Virus record (IMG/VR): IMGVR_UViG_3300043446_004437
Coordinates: 124,001-188,000 of that record
Direction: 5' to 3' (one strand)
DNA: 64,000 nt
Shown here: piece after piece, positions 35,487 through 47,200 of the stretch
How positions within the stretch are numbered: position 1 is the first letter of the stretch
Layout of the letters: each line of letters begins with the position of its first letter
The notes under the pieces: generated by a model
Told to the model about the DNA's origin: nothing
What the model saw: the letters and a program-made list of their open reading frames with translations, nothing else
Databases searched by the model: none
Program-made: the position numbers and the translations under genes

Positions 35487-38135
35487 TTAGTTGCTGGAAA
35501 TTACTTTAGTTAGTTTATCGTAATAAGGATCGTAATTTTTAGTTTTTGCTTTCAAAATTACAAGATCTGCTGATCCAGAATAAATTATATCTGGTATATT
35601 TTTTCTAATTATTAATCTAAATCTAATAGTATCAGCTAAATAATCATAAAAAACAACTATTTCACCATTTACTGGTTTATTAAAGATAATATTTTTTCCA
35701 TTTTGAATAAAATAATATAAAGAATTTGCATCTTTAAACTGAGGGAACTCTTTAGAACCAGTATAATTTGTTAGATTAATAGCGATTGATCCGTCCGGCA
35801 TCTGTATTTTTATTGGGACATACCCGGCTTGTGAACCCTGAAATATAGTTCCTATTAGAGGGCTGTATATAGCTTTGTCAATTTCCTTATTATTTACATA
35901 AGGTATATTTTTTAGCTGTATTCTATTTAATCCATCCGTACCGCTAAAAATTTCATTTGAATACCCGCTAGTAGAAGAAGATTTAAGGGTTTCGTCTAAT
36001 AAATCAAGCCTAAAAAAATCTACGTAATCAACATTATATAAAGAAAGATCTATTGAATACGTACAACAGTACACGGAATTTTTTTCTAAACTAAATAAAA
36101 CGATTGAATTATCTTCTGATATTTTATAGTCAGATGGTTTAACAAGTGCTCCATTTTTGTACAATAAAAACGTATCTTTCTTTAAAGGGAATCTTGTTGA
36201 AGCTTGATAGGTTTGTTCGTCAAAGAAAAGAACTTCTGAGTTTATTTTTTCTATTCCCGATTCAACTATTGGTATCCAATCTTCCTCTCTTGTGGGAATA
36301 TCTTTATTGCAGATTGAAAGCTCGTACGATATTGGATATTTCAAATCTATTTTTGAATCCAACACACTAAATTCATTTTCAGCTTTTATAAGTTTAGATT
36401 TTATAGCCAAAGGATAGCCATTAAAGTTTATTTTTTTACTAACAAAGCATGCCTTATCTAATTGCGTTAATTCCGACTTGCAGAAGTCGATGCTTTGTAT
36501 TGAAAAATTATATTCATAAAAGTTTGGATTTTCTACACTAGACAAATTTTTTAATGTGTTGTCTTTCCAGGGAGAAGTGCTAGCCGGATCTGTTTGACCA
36601 TTCATAGTATAATTATTAGAATTTTGAATAGGCAAAAACATTGGTTTTGTAAAATTAAAAATAGAATTTACATTTGCATCAGTATTAATAAATACTGATT
36701 TTTCAAATATTTCATTTTTATCACCAATTGAATCTATAAAAATATTTTTAAACAACTCTGTGATGCCGCCAGTTTGTAGCGAATCAATTGAATTTGTATT
36801 AAAAAAATTACTAATATATTTTTTTTGATAATTTATAGAAAGAAAATTATTATTTTTTATTGGATATTTATACGAATAATAATCATTTATTTTAGAATAA
36901 GAATTTTTTGAAGTTTGTCTAAAGCTATTTTTTTTAAGGAATAGATTGTATACTAAACTTTGAAGTTTATCTGTATTATTATTTTTTATTTCTTTTATAA
37001 CTTTAGCTGTATTATATATATTTTTAGAATTTATTTCATTAGCTAATGGAATATTCTCAGTCTTAAAATAATTTGGTTGGTTAAATATTAAAATAACTTT
37101 TTTAACATTTTTTCTTGGGAACATAACTTCTGTTCTACCATTTAAAGCTTTAGGTGCGGACAAAACACCAAATTGATTCTCGCCATTTAATATAGTTATA
37201 TCGTTTGCTACCTGTTCGTCATATTCTTCTGAATAATTATTTATTGAAAATTCGTTTTCATTTATATCAGAGAATAGAACTACCTGCAATAGCTGCAACC
37301 CGTTGCCGCCAAAAGGATTAATCACAATTGAATCCATAGACTGGGGGACGGAAAAAATTATTTCTAGTGCTGTTTGAGCTCCAAAAATATTTGCCGTAGA
37401 ATACGGAATATATTTTATATAATTAGATAATTGTGATGTTAAACGAATTGGTGATTTTGCTGTTACGCTCCAAGAATCAGTATAAATATTATTGAATACA
37501 GATTGTACCCCAGTATCGCTAGTGACATAATATAGATAGTTGCTATCAACATTGTAACTCTCAACAAAATCAAGAGAATTTTTTGTAAAAGTTTTTTGTG
37601 CTATTTTAAATATACCTAAATTTGTATCTATAAAACCATTACCTTGTTCATCAAAATTATTTTGGTCTCTATCCGTTAAGGGGAATACATAGCCATCTGA
37701 TCTGTAGTCATTCATAAAATTGTCAAATTTTTCTACATAACTAGAATTAAAAAGATCATCTTTACCGGATATATATTCATAATTATCTATGTAAGATTCC
37801 AATAATCTTATATCATTTTCTATTTTTTCTATCTCAGAAGAAAAAACATCTATTATAGAATTAATAAATAGATTAACTATATTTATAGAAGAGTAATATG
37901 ATTTTATTCTTAAGTCTATATCTCTAAATATATCTATAAAAACTTGCTTATTCATTTCCGCAAACGCGCCAAAGTTTGTTGGAGAAAAGTTTGCGTCTAC
38001 TCTAAAAGAATTTAATCTTGAAATAAGAGAAGATAAATCTTGTTTACTTGTTTTTATTTCTTTTATTAAAGAATGAATATTTGATTGCGAATTATTAGAT
38101 AAAGTATTTATTAAAGATGGTAAAAATTTATTCAT
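35487..38135 (-). CDS. Putative baseplate/tail structural protein
   Basis: 882 aa, Asn/Ile-rich. Confidence 0.6.
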   Translation of the reverse strand: MNKFLPSLINTLSNNSQSNIHSLIKEIKTSKQDLSSLISRLNSFRVDANFSPTNFGAFAEMNKQVFIDIFRDIDLRIKSYYSSINIVNLFINSIIDVFSSEIEKIENDIRLLESYIDNYEYISGKDDLFNSSYVEKFDNFMNDYRSDGYVFPLTDRDQNNFDEQGNGFIDTNLGIFKIAQKTFTKNSLDFVESYNVDSNYLYYVTSDTGVQSVFNNIYTDSWSVTAKSPIRLTSQLSNYIKYIPYSTANIFGAQTALEIIFSVPQSMDSIVINPFGGNGLQLLQVVLFSDINENEFSINNYSEEYDEQVANDITILNGENQFGVLSAPKALNGRTEVMFPRKNVKKVILIFNQPNYFKTENIPLANEINSKNIYNTAKVIKEIKNNNTDKLQSLVYNLFLKKNSFRQTSKNSYSKINDYYSYKYPIKNNNFLSINYQKKYISNFFNTNSIDSLQTGGITELFKNIFIDSIGDKNEIFEKSVFINTDANVNSIFNFTKPMFLPIQNSNNYTMNGQTDPASTSPWKDNTLKNLSSVENPNFYEYNFSIQSIDFCKSELTQLDKACFVSKKINFNGYPLAIKSKLIKAENEFSVLDSKIDLKYPISYELSICNKDIPTREEDWIPIVESGIEKINSEVLFFDEQTYQASTRFPLKKDTFLLYKNGALVKPSDYKISEDNSIVLFSLEKNSVYCCTYSIDLSLYNVDYVDFFRLDLLDETLKSSSTSGYSNEIFSGTDGLNRIQLKNIPYVNNKEIDKAIYSPLIGTIFQGSQAGYVPIKIQMPDGSIAINLTNYTGSKEFPQFKDANSLYYFIQNGKNIIFNKPVNGEIVVFYDYLADTIRFRLIIRKNIPDIIYSGSADLVILKAKTKNYDPYYDKLTKVISSN

Positions 38136-41100
38136 AATTCTTTATGCTCCAGGGTGCCCCGTCTAAATTTTGTATTTCAAAACCAACGCCAGCTGTAATG
38201 TTTCTATTAACTATATCATATATTTCTTCTAAAGATTTAAAGTTGTTTTTAACTGCGTCTGGCATTCTTATTATTGCATATCCGCCCTTAGGATAAACTC
38301 TTGGTTGCATTGAATGCATATCCCAATAGGAGTTAATTCCTTTGATTTGTTTTAACTCGCTGTAAGATGTTATATCAGCCGCAACGCCCCCGCCTTTTAT
38401 CCTTATATCGTATAGATTTGTACTTGAACCATCATTAGAATCTGTTATGTAGACAGCTCCTATGAGAAGGGCAACTGGATTATATTTATTAGATGATTTA
38501 TTAAAAATATTTTTATCATAAGTAAAATGAACTGGGTATGAGTTTGCATACTCTGTTATTGGAGTCCTACTATTTATTAAAGACTTACTTGTAGGACCTT
38601 CAAAGACTACTGGATCTGGAAAGACATTGTATTTTTCTATTTTTGTTGGCATGAGGTAAATGTACAATGGTTTATTTTCATCTATTTGATCTTTATTCAA
38701 GAAAGGATTTAAAGGGATTTCTTTTCCTTCTACTTGATACACCCAAATCGTATTATCTTTAATTGTATAATCAACTTTTATCAGGTTTGAAGAAACAACT
38801 ATATTTGTTTTAAATTCAATAACACCATTCTCTGCATCAAAATCTTTAATGTCGCCAAACGGGACTTCCAACCAAGTAGATTCTTCGTCAGCTCTTACAT
38901 AAACTGTAAATGCTGGCAGCATAGCTGGCACGTCTGACTCAACGCCATCTTCTATCGGCATTGTATACATTAAAACTGGTGTTCTGCGTAACTGTATTTT
39001 TCTTGTAGAAATTATTAATGGCACTTCGTTTTTAATGTCTTTATTTTTATGGCCAAATATTCTTGAAAAATTGTTTGCCAAAATAGAACCAGAAGTATCA
39101 TATGTGCAGTTTAAAACTTGCCCCATATATTTTGATTTCCAATCAAAAAAAGCGTAGTTTAAAGGTATCAATATGTTTTTATTAAAAGATCCTGCCGTTA
39201 GTCTTAACGGCCATGGTTCTTTTTTGCTTATATAATTTGATATTTCAGTAATTTTTATTGCGTTAGAACTTTTATATTTTACGGAATATACTGGTGCAAT
39301 CATTTTTGGACTTAACGATATAGGCGTATATGTGTTGGTGCTTTGTGCGCCTATGTAATCAATAGCTTTATCCAAATTGCCATCAGCGTCAAAAGCCATA
39401 GCCCCTATGTATATATTGTTTACGCCTCTTGTTATTATTTCATTGAAAGAAATAAGTTTACCCAAAAATTCTTTTTTTACCCTGTCGTAAAAACCGTATA
39501 CAAAACCTTCGTTTTCATATGTTGTATTGTTAATTGACACATACCCATATTTTATATTTTCTGCTCCAATAGAAGATTGCCCCGCTGTAACGATGTTGTC
39601 GGTTATTTGTTTTGGAGAAGGAATACCAACTGGTTTTCCGAAACTATCGCACAACAAAATCAAACCATCATTAACGGTAACTGAACTAATTTTTTGTATA
39701 ACATCACCATCTGTATTGATTACAGAATACGAATCCAATATTGATTCTGCGGAAATATATGTCTTTGGATTGGAGTAATATGTTTGAGAAGTTTTTATTT
39801 TAAAACCAGTGCATGTTTGTTTTTGTGGATCTAAGTTGTTGGGCAGATTTCCGTAATAAGAAATGCTACAAATAGAATTTGGATTTGCCGCCTGTTCGTT
39901 AACTTTTGATTTAAGAGAAAGTATTTCTACAGAATTTTCATTATCTATAGAAACGGAAACCGGATTTGCAAAATTTATTTGCAGACCGTTATTTTGTATA
40001 CTGTCTATCGCGCTAGGGTCTGTTTCTATTTGTTCGTTTAACAAATTGTTTAAAGCTGAATCGGATATAGGTGTTGGTGTTGTCAGTGTTTTTGAATACG
40101 CTTTTCCTAAATAATTATATGAAAAATTATTTAATAAAACATTTTTACCACTTAAATAGCCGACATTATAATCAACAGAATATTCAGAAAGAGAAGACAA
40201 GTTTTCAAACTGTTCTGTTAGATAAGCAATAGCATTTACGTAAACATCTGTTGTTTGCACTAAATCTTTATAAATTATTTTTCTTTCTATTTCATCTAAA
40301 GAAAGATTAATTGGATTTATTTCTTGCAGCTCGTCTGGAGTAGGGTTAAAGAAGGATACTATATCTTCTGTCCACTTATTATTAGTTCCATCCCAAACAT
40401 AAAATTTATTTGTTAAAGTTGTATATATAAGATGACCATTAAGAGAACTAATTAAATTATTACCAGACCAAGATAGATTTGGATCTGGATTGCCATCTAA
40501 ATCCAAAAGCCAATAATTAGCCAATTCTTCTACGGCGGGTTTTTCTATGCTCGGAAATGCTTGATGAACTTTATTATAATCAAAAGGTTGATCTGTTATT
40601 GTATCTTTAGGCGGTTCTGAAGTATCTTTTGTTTTTAAGTCTGCAGTTATTCCAACTATACCAAACCCTTCGGCTAAATTGCCCCAGCGGCCACCAAGCT
40701 GTTTCCCGTCAGTTTGTAGCCTAACAAAAATATTTCTGCATGCTGTGGTTGAAACGCCGGCTAAATCTATTTCTATGTTGTTATCAATTAAAGTCACACC
40801 ATTAGTAGCTTTATGAACTGAATAGGCTTTATAGATATCTTTTGCCGCAAATCTTTTTTGCCCACCTTCAATCGGATCTTCTGCCGAATAGCCATATCCA
40901 ACTAATTTAACTTTGTTCCAAGGTGCATCTTCTAATTTTATTTTTATTTTATTTACTTTTTGATAATTTTCTGGATCTGGTATAGAAAAGAAAATAAAAT
41001 CTTCTATTGTTGAAGGAGAATTAGACACATTGCCAGTAAAAGAAATTCTTCTATAAGAAGAACCAGAATTAATTTGAGAAGGTTCTATCTGCTTAAAAAC

Positions 41101-44100
41101 AGCTTCTACAAATCTCGTAACATCATGCTCTTCGGTTAAGCGTAATAAATTATTGTAGTATATTGGCTCATATTTACTCCAAAATTTTATTACATAAGCC
41201 ATTAAAGACTTTGTTTCGCTATCAACAACTCCATCTGGAGGATACAATAAAGGGACTCTTGGTATTAAGCCAACAGTCATTTGTCCCAATTTCATTTTTG
41301 TTTGAAATTCTTTTACCGCTGCTGATAATGTTGCGGTATATGTGGTATTGTTTTCTGGTTGTTCTTTGACTTTAGTTTTTGCATTGATAGAAGTCTTATT
41401 TATATTATATAAACCTGCGGCTTGCATAACACACTTTATGTATTTAACATAAGGATGCTTTGCCCCCACTCTCCAAGTTTCTATTGGGTAACCAGCAGCT
41501 GCAGCTTCAACATCCCATGTATATTCAAAATTTTTAAAATTTAATGCGCTAAGATCAGTTATAACCGGCAATCTACCAGATAGCTCATTTTGTCTACCAG
41601 ATATTATATTTACACAAGGAACATCAGTGACATTATACCCCTCTATGATTATTGGGTCTGCGTCAGGGGCTGGATGTTGTATTATTCTATTTGTTCCAGC
41701 ATAGTTTCTTGTCACAGTTCCAATCACTTTAACAGAGCGCAGTGCACCTTTTGCTTTGTAAAGTAAATTAAGTTTAGTTTTTACTGAACCAGCGAATGCA
41801 TAACCTTGTTCTGTTGTTGATATTGTTGAATATTTTGTTGCAAATCTAAATGGATATGATTTAAAATAGGACGAAGGGCTTATCGAATTGTTTAAGGTTT
41901 TGTTGCCTCCGATCTTTATCTCTCCCATTTCTCTAACTTCATATGGGCCATAACCGCTTGGTATATAAAGTTTGTTAGATTTCTTTTCGGTAAAAGCAAA
42001 TATTTTTTCGTCCTTGCTCAGTATTTTATACATAAAATAAGAACTTGGAAAATTTTCTAAACTAGCTATTTGTATTTTTGAATCAGAAAGATTAGAAGAA
42101 GAAAAAGAGGGTGAAGATATAACTACATCTGGATTTGTTATCTCTAAATAAAAATCTGTATTGTTTTCAACAATGCCTGGACTAGAAATTTGCCCGGCTA
42201 AAGAACTTGGAATAGATTCCGAAACTTTTTTCAAATAATATTTTTTGATTGAATCTTGATCAGAAATCAAATCTCTTGCATACTGTATGACCCCAGAATT
42301 ACTAGATATATTTGTAAAATATTTAGCCTTCTCATCATCCATTAATGCGTCTTGGTCCATAACCCAAGACGATTCCCATGGCCCAACAAAATTATACAAA
42401 GATGGTCTTAAGTCTGTTTTTCTTGTTGCTTGATTTCTTGAATACAAACTATATACTAAAGAATTATAAAGTAGCTTAAATGGCCCCTCAACAAAACTTG
42501 GCATGAGTGAGTAGTCGGCTTGTTCATATACTGATTGATCTAAATTTTCATTTAGAACATTTGGTTTTTCGCCTGAATGAAAAACTCTATTGCAATATTC
42601 TAAAAACGGAAAAGAACAACACACTATACTTCCTTGCGATAATTTATCTCCAATAGACAAAAATTTGAATACCGCTCCAGCTGGACGTTTAGTAGAAGAA
42701 TTTATCCCTACATTAAAAAATACTTTACTACTATCTACTGATGTTATGCTTCTATAATTATTTGCTTTATAACCAAATATGCCGTAGTTTTCATTGTTAA
42801 AAATTGTTTGATCAATATTCCAACCACCAGTTGTATTTTCATCTAGGATTGTAGACTCAACATACTCATAGAAAGTATCGGTAGTTTGCGCTTGAAAATT
42901 AGAAATTTTTATTCCATCAAAAACAAGTGGTTTATCCCCAGGATAGGCCGAAGCGTCGACTAATAATGTGCCATTCTGAACGGTTACATATTCTTTTAGT
43001 AAATTTGTTGCTTTTTCAGAAAGCGCGCTGGTTGGGCTAAAAGATAAAATGTCAAAATTTTCTAAACTTTCAATTGACTGAATGTCTACTAACCAATATC
43101 TTTTTTCTTGCTTTGAGGGCTTACCTATACCAGTTGCTTGAATCCAAATTTTATTTTCTATTTCTGGGTTTTGGAAAACATAATTAGACATATTAAAACC
43201 AGATTTTTCTAATCTATAAAAAACATATGGCTGTATATTGCCTAGTGAGTCAGCATCAGATGAGTCATATAAAACTCCGACGTTTACAGTCCTTTGTTTT
43301 ATTTGCCCGGATTCTTCTGCGTCTTTTGAATTATCTAAAATGTTATAATTAATTGGTTGGTTGACTCTTGCAACTAATCTCCAGTTAAAAACTTCATAGT
43401 TTCTATTATCAAACAATGCTTTTCTTGGAACAAAAACTTGGTAGCTGTTGTAGTTTAGGTTATGAGAAAATATTTCAGAATATTTTTTATTAAACTTTTT
43501 AATAGAATATATTTTTTTACTATGCTTAGACATAACAGCTGCTTCTTCAGCGACTTCTGTATAGTATGGAACAGCATTTACTGTTTCGACATAGCGCAGG
43601 GTTTGAGAAACCACTTCTCCGTCTTCATCTAAGACAATTTTATCATAAATTAACTTAAGATTAATTGGCTCGAAAGAATCAAACCCTACGACAATTCTGT
43701 AAGGTATTTCAGTATTTGTTGAGTTTGATTTTGTTATATATGGATCTAATAAAATTTTATATTTACGTCTAGATGTATTTTTATCTAAATATTCTTTATT
43801 TTGATCATCAATAACTTTTATATTTAAATTTTTGTAATAAGAAATATCATGATAATCTTCCAAATCATTTATTGCATAGCCAGAAGGAGCCATTAAAAAA
43901 TATCTACTTACATAATAATAGTGTAAAAAATCATTTTCATTTATTGAATTAGAATATATTCTTTCCGTTGTAAAATCTTTAGACAAAAAGGCGTCACTTA
44001 TTGTAATGTCAGAGCTAAGAAAATTAGTATCGCCGTTCTGATCCTGCAGAATGCCTAGCTCGTTTGCAAAAAATAATTTTGTTTCATTTTGAGTGCCAAT

Positions 44101-44268
44101 TTTATTTTCAGCTATAGAATCAGACAAATCTAAAATTTTTAAATTATCTGCTGGAGTTAAAGGTTTGTTAAAAAAATATGATAACCCAACACCTTTAGCG
44201 GGGACAAGATTGCCAATTTTGACAGCTTCTTCATTCCCTATGGTTGTTTTATTGTTAAATTTTTTCAT
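38128..44268 (-). CDS. Giant baseplate/tail protein with internal peptidoglycan-binding and GATase-like (DUF4159-like) domains
   Basis: 2046 aa; VKYIKCVMQAAGL...LSAAVKEFQ...DGVVDSET (about 41210-41490); FDILSF...LLKEYV..NGTLLVD (about 42950-43070). Confidence 0.65.
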   Translation of the reverse strand: MKKFNNKTTIGNEEAVKIGNLVPAKGVGLSYFFNKPLTPADNLKILDLSDSIAENKIGTQNETKLFFANELGILQDQNGDTNFLSSDITISDAFLSKDFTTERIYSNSINENDFLHYYYVSRYFLMAPSGYAINDLEDYHDISYYKNLNIKVIDDQNKEYLDKNTSRRKYKILLDPYITKSNSTNTEIPYRIVVGFDSFEPINLKLIYDKIVLDEDGEVVSQTLRYVETVNAVPYYTEVAEEAAVMSKHSKKIYSIKKFNKKYSEIFSHNLNYNSYQVFVPRKALFDNRNYEVFNWRLVARVNQPINYNILDNSKDAEESGQIKQRTVNVGVLYDSSDADSLGNIQPYVFYRLEKSGFNMSNYVFQNPEIENKIWIQATGIGKPSKQEKRYWLVDIQSIESLENFDILSFSPTSALSEKATNLLKEYVTVQNGTLLVDASAYPGDKPLVFDGIKISNFQAQTTDTFYEYVESTILDENTTGGWNIDQTIFNNENYGIFGYKANNYRSITSVDSSKVFFNVGINSSTKRPAGAVFKFLSIGDKLSQGSIVCCSFPFLEYCNRVFHSGEKPNVLNENLDQSVYEQADYSLMPSFVEGPFKLLYNSLVYSLYSRNQATRKTDLRPSLYNFVGPWESSWVMDQDALMDDEKAKYFTNISSNSGVIQYARDLISDQDSIKKYYLKKVSESIPSSLAGQISSPGIVENNTDFYLEITNPDVVISSPSFSSSNLSDSKIQIASLENFPSSYFMYKILSKDEKIFAFTEKKSNKLYIPSGYGPYEVREMGEIKIGGNKTLNNSISPSSYFKSYPFRFATKYSTISTTEQGYAFAGSVKTKLNLLYKAKGALRSVKVIGTVTRNYAGTNRIIQHPAPDADPIIIEGYNVTDVPCVNIISGRQNELSGRLPVITDLSALNFKNFEYTWDVEAAAAGYPIETWRVGAKHPYVKYIKCVMQAAGLYNINKTSINAKTKVKEQPENNTTYTATLSAAVKEFQTKMKLGQMTVGLIPRVPLLYPPDGVVDSETKSLMAYVIKFWSKYEPIYYNNLLRLTEEHDVTRFVEAVFKQIEPSQINSGSSYRRISFTGNVSNSPSTIEDFIFFSIPDPENYQKVNKIKIKLEDAPWNKVKLVGYGYSAEDPIEGGQKRFAAKDIYKAYSVHKATNGVTLIDNNIEIDLAGVSTTACRNIFVRLQTDGKQLGGRWGNLAEGFGIVGITADLKTKDTSEPPKDTITDQPFDYNKVHQAFPSIEKPAVEELANYWLLDLDGNPDPNLSWSGNNLISSLNGHLIYTTLTNKFYVWDGTNNKWTEDIVSFFNPTPDELQEINPINLSLDEIERKIIYKDLVQTTDVYVNAIAYLTEQFENLSSLSEYSVDYNVGYLSGKNVLLNNFSYNYLGKAYSKTLTTPTPISDSALNNLLNEQIETDPSAIDSIQNNGLQINFANPVSVSIDNENSVEILSLKSKVNEQAANPNSICSISYYGNLPNNLDPQKQTCTGFKIKTSQTYYSNPKTYISAESILDSYSVINTDGDVIQKISSVTVNDGLILLCDSFGKPVGIPSPKQITDNIVTAGQSSIGAENIKYGYVSINNTTYENEGFVYGFYDRVKKEFLGKLISFNEIITRGVNNIYIGAMAFDADGNLDKAIDYIGAQSTNTYTPISLSPKMIAPVYSVKYKSSNAIKITEISNYISKKEPWPLRLTAGSFNKNILIPLNYAFFDWKSKYMGQVLNCTYDTSGSILANNFSRIFGHKNKDIKNEVPLIISTRKIQLRRTPVLMYTMPIEDGVESDVPAMLPAFTVYVRADEESTWLEVPFGDIKDFDAENGVIEFKTNIVVSSNLIKVDYTIKDNTIWVYQVEGKEIPLNPFLNKDQIDENKPLYIYLMPTKIEKYNVFPDPVVFEGPTSKSLINSRTPITEYANSYPVHFTYDKNIFNKSSNKYNPVALLIGAVYITDSNDGSSTNLYDIRIKGGGVAADITSYSELKQIKGINSYWDMHSMQPRVYPKGGYAIIRMPDAVKNNFKSLEEIYDIVNRNITAGVGFEIQNLDGAPWSIKNYE

Positions 44269-47200
44269 TAACTTTCCTCATAGCCTACTATATAATTTGG
44301 CGTAGCTATAACATTTGGTGTTGAGCCAAATAAACCCATTTGATATTGCTCATAGTAATTAATTGGCAACCATCTTGGTGGCACCCAATTTAGTTTAGAT
44401 TTTGGAGTAGCGCCAAAATCTTGTTTAATTAAATTAAATTTAAAATTAGGTGTAGCTATTATATCTTTATCATCTACCGTATTTATATAGTACGAAGGCA
44501 GAACTGTTTGTTCATCTAAATATTGAACATTATTAAATCTTTCATACCAATAAACAACATCTCCATGTAAAGGGTTTGGTTGCAATGAAGGCGTTGAAGC
44601 TAACTCTGTTTCCACAGCAACAAACCAGTAACCAGGATTATTTCTTGGCTGAGAATAAAATGGGCCTATAGAAAACTTTCCATTTGAATCTGCGTGCGTA
44701 TAGCCTGAAATAAAGTTTCTTCCGGGCATCGCTGAGTAAGAACTATATTCTATAGTATTTAATACGTCATATAGGGTTCTAGCTTTTCTCCAATAAATTA
44801 TTGGCGTAGAAGAAGGGGGGTTATTATTTTCTAATACAGAACCATAAATATAATTTTCACTAATTCCATCAGATTCTATTATTAATTTTGATCCAGATGC
44901 TTTTAGACGATAACTTGGATTATAATTATCAATAAATTCTATATTTGAACCAGTTATAAATCCACCAGATTCACTATTTTCATGTGCGTATTCTGACGGG
45001 TAAGAAACGCCACTAACCAAAACAGAGGCATACAGACTGCTGGTAGGAACTCCAGTAAATCTTATCTTAGTTTTAGCAATACCATATTTATTTGTTGTTA
45101 GATATTCATCTTCAATTTCTAATAAATCACTTGATATGGCAAATGTTTGATATGGTTTAAAATTACCCGCTAGATCATATGATGTTATAGTCAAATATAT
45201 TATGTCATCTATGTTCTTAGATATTTGTTGCGGAGATATCTCTACAACCGCTGTGCTAAATTCATATTCGTCTTTACTCAAATAAATATAACCATCATCA
45301 ATCGGCAAATCTTGTCTATTAAGATTAATTCCAGTTGGCGTTGAAGTTTCTTGTAATGCAGACTCATATGTTATTTCATAAACAGGTGTAGCAGAACTTG
45401 GGGTTGCAGAAAAATATATCTTTGAAATATATTGATCTTTTGTTTCTGAATAAACATTTCTATCAACATAGAAAGCTCTTTCAAGAGAATAGCTGACTGT
45501 GTACTGTCTACCTGGAACCAAAATGTTTTCGGCGGTAGCTAAATTATTATATACTTCTATTTTACTTACCTGATAAGAATAAGACACATCATCACTTATC
45601 ATTAAATCCGAAGTTGAAATATAAAATTCTCCACTAAGAAATGCTTCTATGATGCCAGGAGTAGATGCATCGCCGCCCATTGTCCATACATAAAACTCTG
45701 GATTTAATGGAGATTTAGTTAAAATATTTCCAGTATAGTTATCTTTAATAACAATATCTTTTATGTTTAAATGAGAAACATACAGTGCGCCGTGTTCTGA
45801 ACAAGTAACTGTTTCCTCGTTATTAAATACAACTTTACCTGGAGTAGCTGAATCAGGAAACGCCATTTCTTCAAGATCAAAATTTACATCCCCATCTTTA
45901 ATGGAGATAAGAACTGGGGCTCCTTGTGTTGGCGTTTGAGATAATTCAACTTCAAAATATTTACCAGTATAAATATCAACTATTGGCTTTGCGTAGACAT
46001 AATTTTGTTCTTCTTCTAAATTCAACCAACCAGTATTCATGGTTATTGGATTTGAGTTAATAGAATTTGTAAATGAATTTTTGTATCCCTTATCCAATGA
46101 TGCATTTATTTCAATTGGAGAAAAATAGAATAATTGGTTAGAAGAATCATAAAGTTCTTTTATAATTTTAGATGAATCTTGATTAAGCTTAAATAATGGA
46201 CTATCTTCTCTGATTACTGTTTCTTGAGAAGCTTCTAAAAATACTTTATTGTTTAATGAAATTGGTTTTATTTCTGTAATAAAATATTGATTATTAGAAT
46301 TTTTTGTTAAACCAAAATCTTCACGAGTTAAGTAATAAGAATTTAAAAACTTATCTCTATAATTTTGATCAAAAGGACTGCGATTTCCTTCCGCTGATTC
46401 ATCACTTCTATAAATATTACCTAAATAATCCAAGTAACCTTTGATCATTGGCGTTGTTCTTAGTTCGCCTTCTTCGGTTGGGATCCAAACGGGACTCTTG
46501 AAAGGATAGTTTGGAGTTGACTGAACGTTGTTGGTTACAGCTAAAACATGCGGCAGTGTGTTATAGTTAAAAGTGGCTGACTCAAAATAGTTAGAATAAA
46601 TTGGTGTTGTAAGATCGTTTACTGAATAAGAGTTTATAATAATATTTGGAGAAGAAGGAACAAAATACTGAGTATCTAACAATGGAAAATAAGATTTACC
46701 ACCGTAATTCTGAGAAAAATCTAAAGCAGTTAACGGTTGACCTGGTTCTCTATATATTTCATCAATCGTAAAAATTGGTTTAGAATCAATTTTTTTATTT
46801 TCTATTATTAAATTAACTGGCGTTGCATTAGGTGGTATAAATAAATTTTTTGTTAAATCAGAAACATAAACAATTTCATCTGCTGTTATATCTGGATCAT
46901 TATCTTTGTTTACAATTACAAAATCTTCTATAACATTAGAGAATTTTATTACTGGAGTTGAACCATATAAATTTGAGCCTATTTTAAAGTTTGAATTTAT
47001 ATAATTAATGTTTGGTGTACTTATTTGGATGTTTGCTACAGAAATTGAATTAGAATGAGAACTGGATGTGGTTGACTCATTAAAGGTAACTCTATAATGA
47101 GGTGTTGAATTGTATATATAGGTCTGAGCGTCTTGGTCCCATTTGGCTGAATTAACTATTTTTATAGAACTAGCTTTTGATATATCTATATTAGAGCTTG

